Shown in pieces: positions 62,124 to 64,000 of a stretch of DNA of 64,000 bases; the stretch's first letter is position 1; each line of letters opens with the position of its first letter. This DNA comes from Camelus dromedarius (lineage: Eukaryota), in the NCBI RefSeq assembly GCF_036321535.1, contig NC_087437.1, positions 81,532,001 through 81,596,000 on the forward strand. Reading direction: 5' to 3'. The notes below the pieces were generated by a model. It worked only from the letters and a program-made list of their open reading frames with translations, did no database searches and had not been told where the DNA came from. Position numbers and translations under genes: made by a program.

Positions 62124-64000
62124 CAATTGAGTTTCATTATTTTGAAGTTTTATTAGGCACTTAAAAGTTCGTGGTTATGATGTTTTCTTGGCATCATGTG
62201 ATGTAACTTTTATCAATAAAACTGCCTTTCTGTGCTCCGTCTGAGGCATTTGAATGGTATTTTGTCTGATACTGCCTTTTGTTTGATACTACGTTCTTTT
62301 TTTTTTGCAAGTATTTGTATTCTGTAACTTCTTTACATTCTTTTTTGACCTTTCATTTTGTTTTATGTCATGCCCTATAGGTAGCGTGTAGTTGTTTTTT
62401 ATTTTAAATAGTTTGAAAATTTTATAATAGGGAGAATTCACCTGTTCACGTTTATTGTTATTATTGATCTGTTTAATGATTCCTGCCGTATGTACTTTGC
62501 CATTTTGTTTCTTCCTTTACCTTCCCCTCCTTGCTTTTTGTTATATTGATCATCTCCCCCACTTTGGGGTTTATTTGTAGTGGTAAGGAAGTTGTACACT
62601 TCTATTTCTGTTCTAGCATTCAACCTTAAATGCTAATTTAGTTAGGTATAAGATTTTAACTTCAAGATAGTCTTTCTTCAGAACTTTGAAGTTGTTAACT
62701 CGTTTTTAATACCTAGTGTTGGTGACAGTCTGACCCAGTTTGGTTCTTTTTCCTTTATAGGTAATCTGTTTTTTCTACTAAAAACTTTTAGAATTTTTGT
62801 TGTGAAATTTCACCATGATGTGTCTAAAAATATGTGTCATTTATTTCAACTCCAGGAATTTTTCTATTATTTTTTTAAACACTCTTTTCTGTGCCTTTCC
62901 TTCTAAACTTCAGATAGATAGATGTTGGAACTTTGGGATTTATACTCCATATCATCTAACTTTTCCTCCAAAATTCTCCCCTCCCTGTCCTCTGTTCTTA
63001 CTGCATTCTGGCCGACCTCCTTGGTTCTACCTTCTACTTGTTAATTTCCTCCTCAGTTATGCCCATTCCAATATACAGTCCATCCACTGAGTTCATTGTA
63101 ATAATTCTTTTGAATTTTCAAGATGTCTAATTGGTGCTCTTTAAAAACCCTTTTTTAAAGTGACTGTGATAACCACTCATTCCTCTGATGTTAAATTTTG
63201 TTTTGCTTGGTTTATCCTGGTTTCCGAAATACTAGCTTTTTATTTGAGTCAGGTGCCTCTCTTTTATGATATTAATTTTCCTTTATGTTAGCAGTTCTCA
63301 AGACCATGGTCTCTTGGAAGATAGCCAAGGTATGCATGTCAGTCATCCCTTGGGTGGAGGGGATCCTCACTCCTGTATGATACAGCCCTACTCCACTCTG
63401 ACTTCTCTTTCTCTTAGTGGAGTGGGAGGACTGATGAGGTTGCTTCAAGTGCAGTTTCCAGCAGTTAACTTGATAGTGGCCCTCGAATACACTACATGAG
63501 AGTCCTAGTCATCTTGTATTATGAATGTTTTGTGCCAGGGACTTTTACTGTCAAAGTTTTTGGAAGGTGATTAAAACTTTTTGGAAGGTGATTGAAGCTT
63601 TATACAAATGGAAGATTTTATATTCATCTGTTACTTTATTTGTGTTTTATTTGGTTCTTTTCATCCTCCCACATCTTAGTTTTTAAATGTGCATATTTCT
63701 TATTGACATTAGTTAGCTTAAACTAGCTATTTAGTATTCTGAACTTAGAGTTTCCTACACATCATTCTTTTTAAAATAACTGTAGCTACATTCAGACTAA
63801 AGGAGAGGGGAAAGAACAGGTAAATGGAGGAAAACAGCAGCAAAGAAAAATGAAGGAAAAGTAAGGGAGAAAAGAGCAGATACAAAAAGTTGCTACCCGG
63901 TCTTCTCTTTGTGACTGAGATGGCCTGGGCCCCAACCAATATAGCTTTCACAGTCTCTGTAAGTTATTTCTGGGGGCAGCTACTTCTGTTTTTGTTTTGT

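Noticed and set aside
1..64000. CRISPR arrays, operons or other prokaryotic systems
   Set aside because: The sequence is mammalian; no regularly spaced repeat-spacer structure was seen.

Overview
Mammalian genomic DNA, most likely camelid: it carries six copies of a tRNA-derived SINE resembling the camelid Vic-1 family. The window is syntenic with the human TMEM45A-LNP1-TOMM70 interval, in reverse orientation. From left to right it contains: (1) a decayed processed PLAGL1 pseudogene (1-3412, +) inside TMEM45A intron 1, itself interrupted by a young 5'-truncated L1 with a perfect 14-bp TSD; (2) non-coding exon 1 and the CpG-island promoter of TMEM45A (- strand, ~6837-7620); (3) a repeat-rich intergenic stretch with a decayed ERVL and a U6 snRNA-L1 chimeric retrocopy; (4) the complete LNP1 CDS (- strand, three coding exons, 179 aa), with a MER68-like provirus remnant in its first intron; (5) the head-to-head LNP1/TOMM70 CpG promoter; (6) TOMM70 exon 1 (+) followed by intron 1. 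Gene and repeat names come from remembered homologs, not from searches run here, and repeat boundaries are approximate unless TSDs are given. I found no convincing new biological system. The most unusual items are retrotransposition events (U6-L1 chimera, a tail-less internal L1 fragment with a TSD, a 73-bp L1 insertion, an env-like remnant in a tRNA-Leu-primed provirus) and candidate uORF/HRE control in TMEM45A exon 1.
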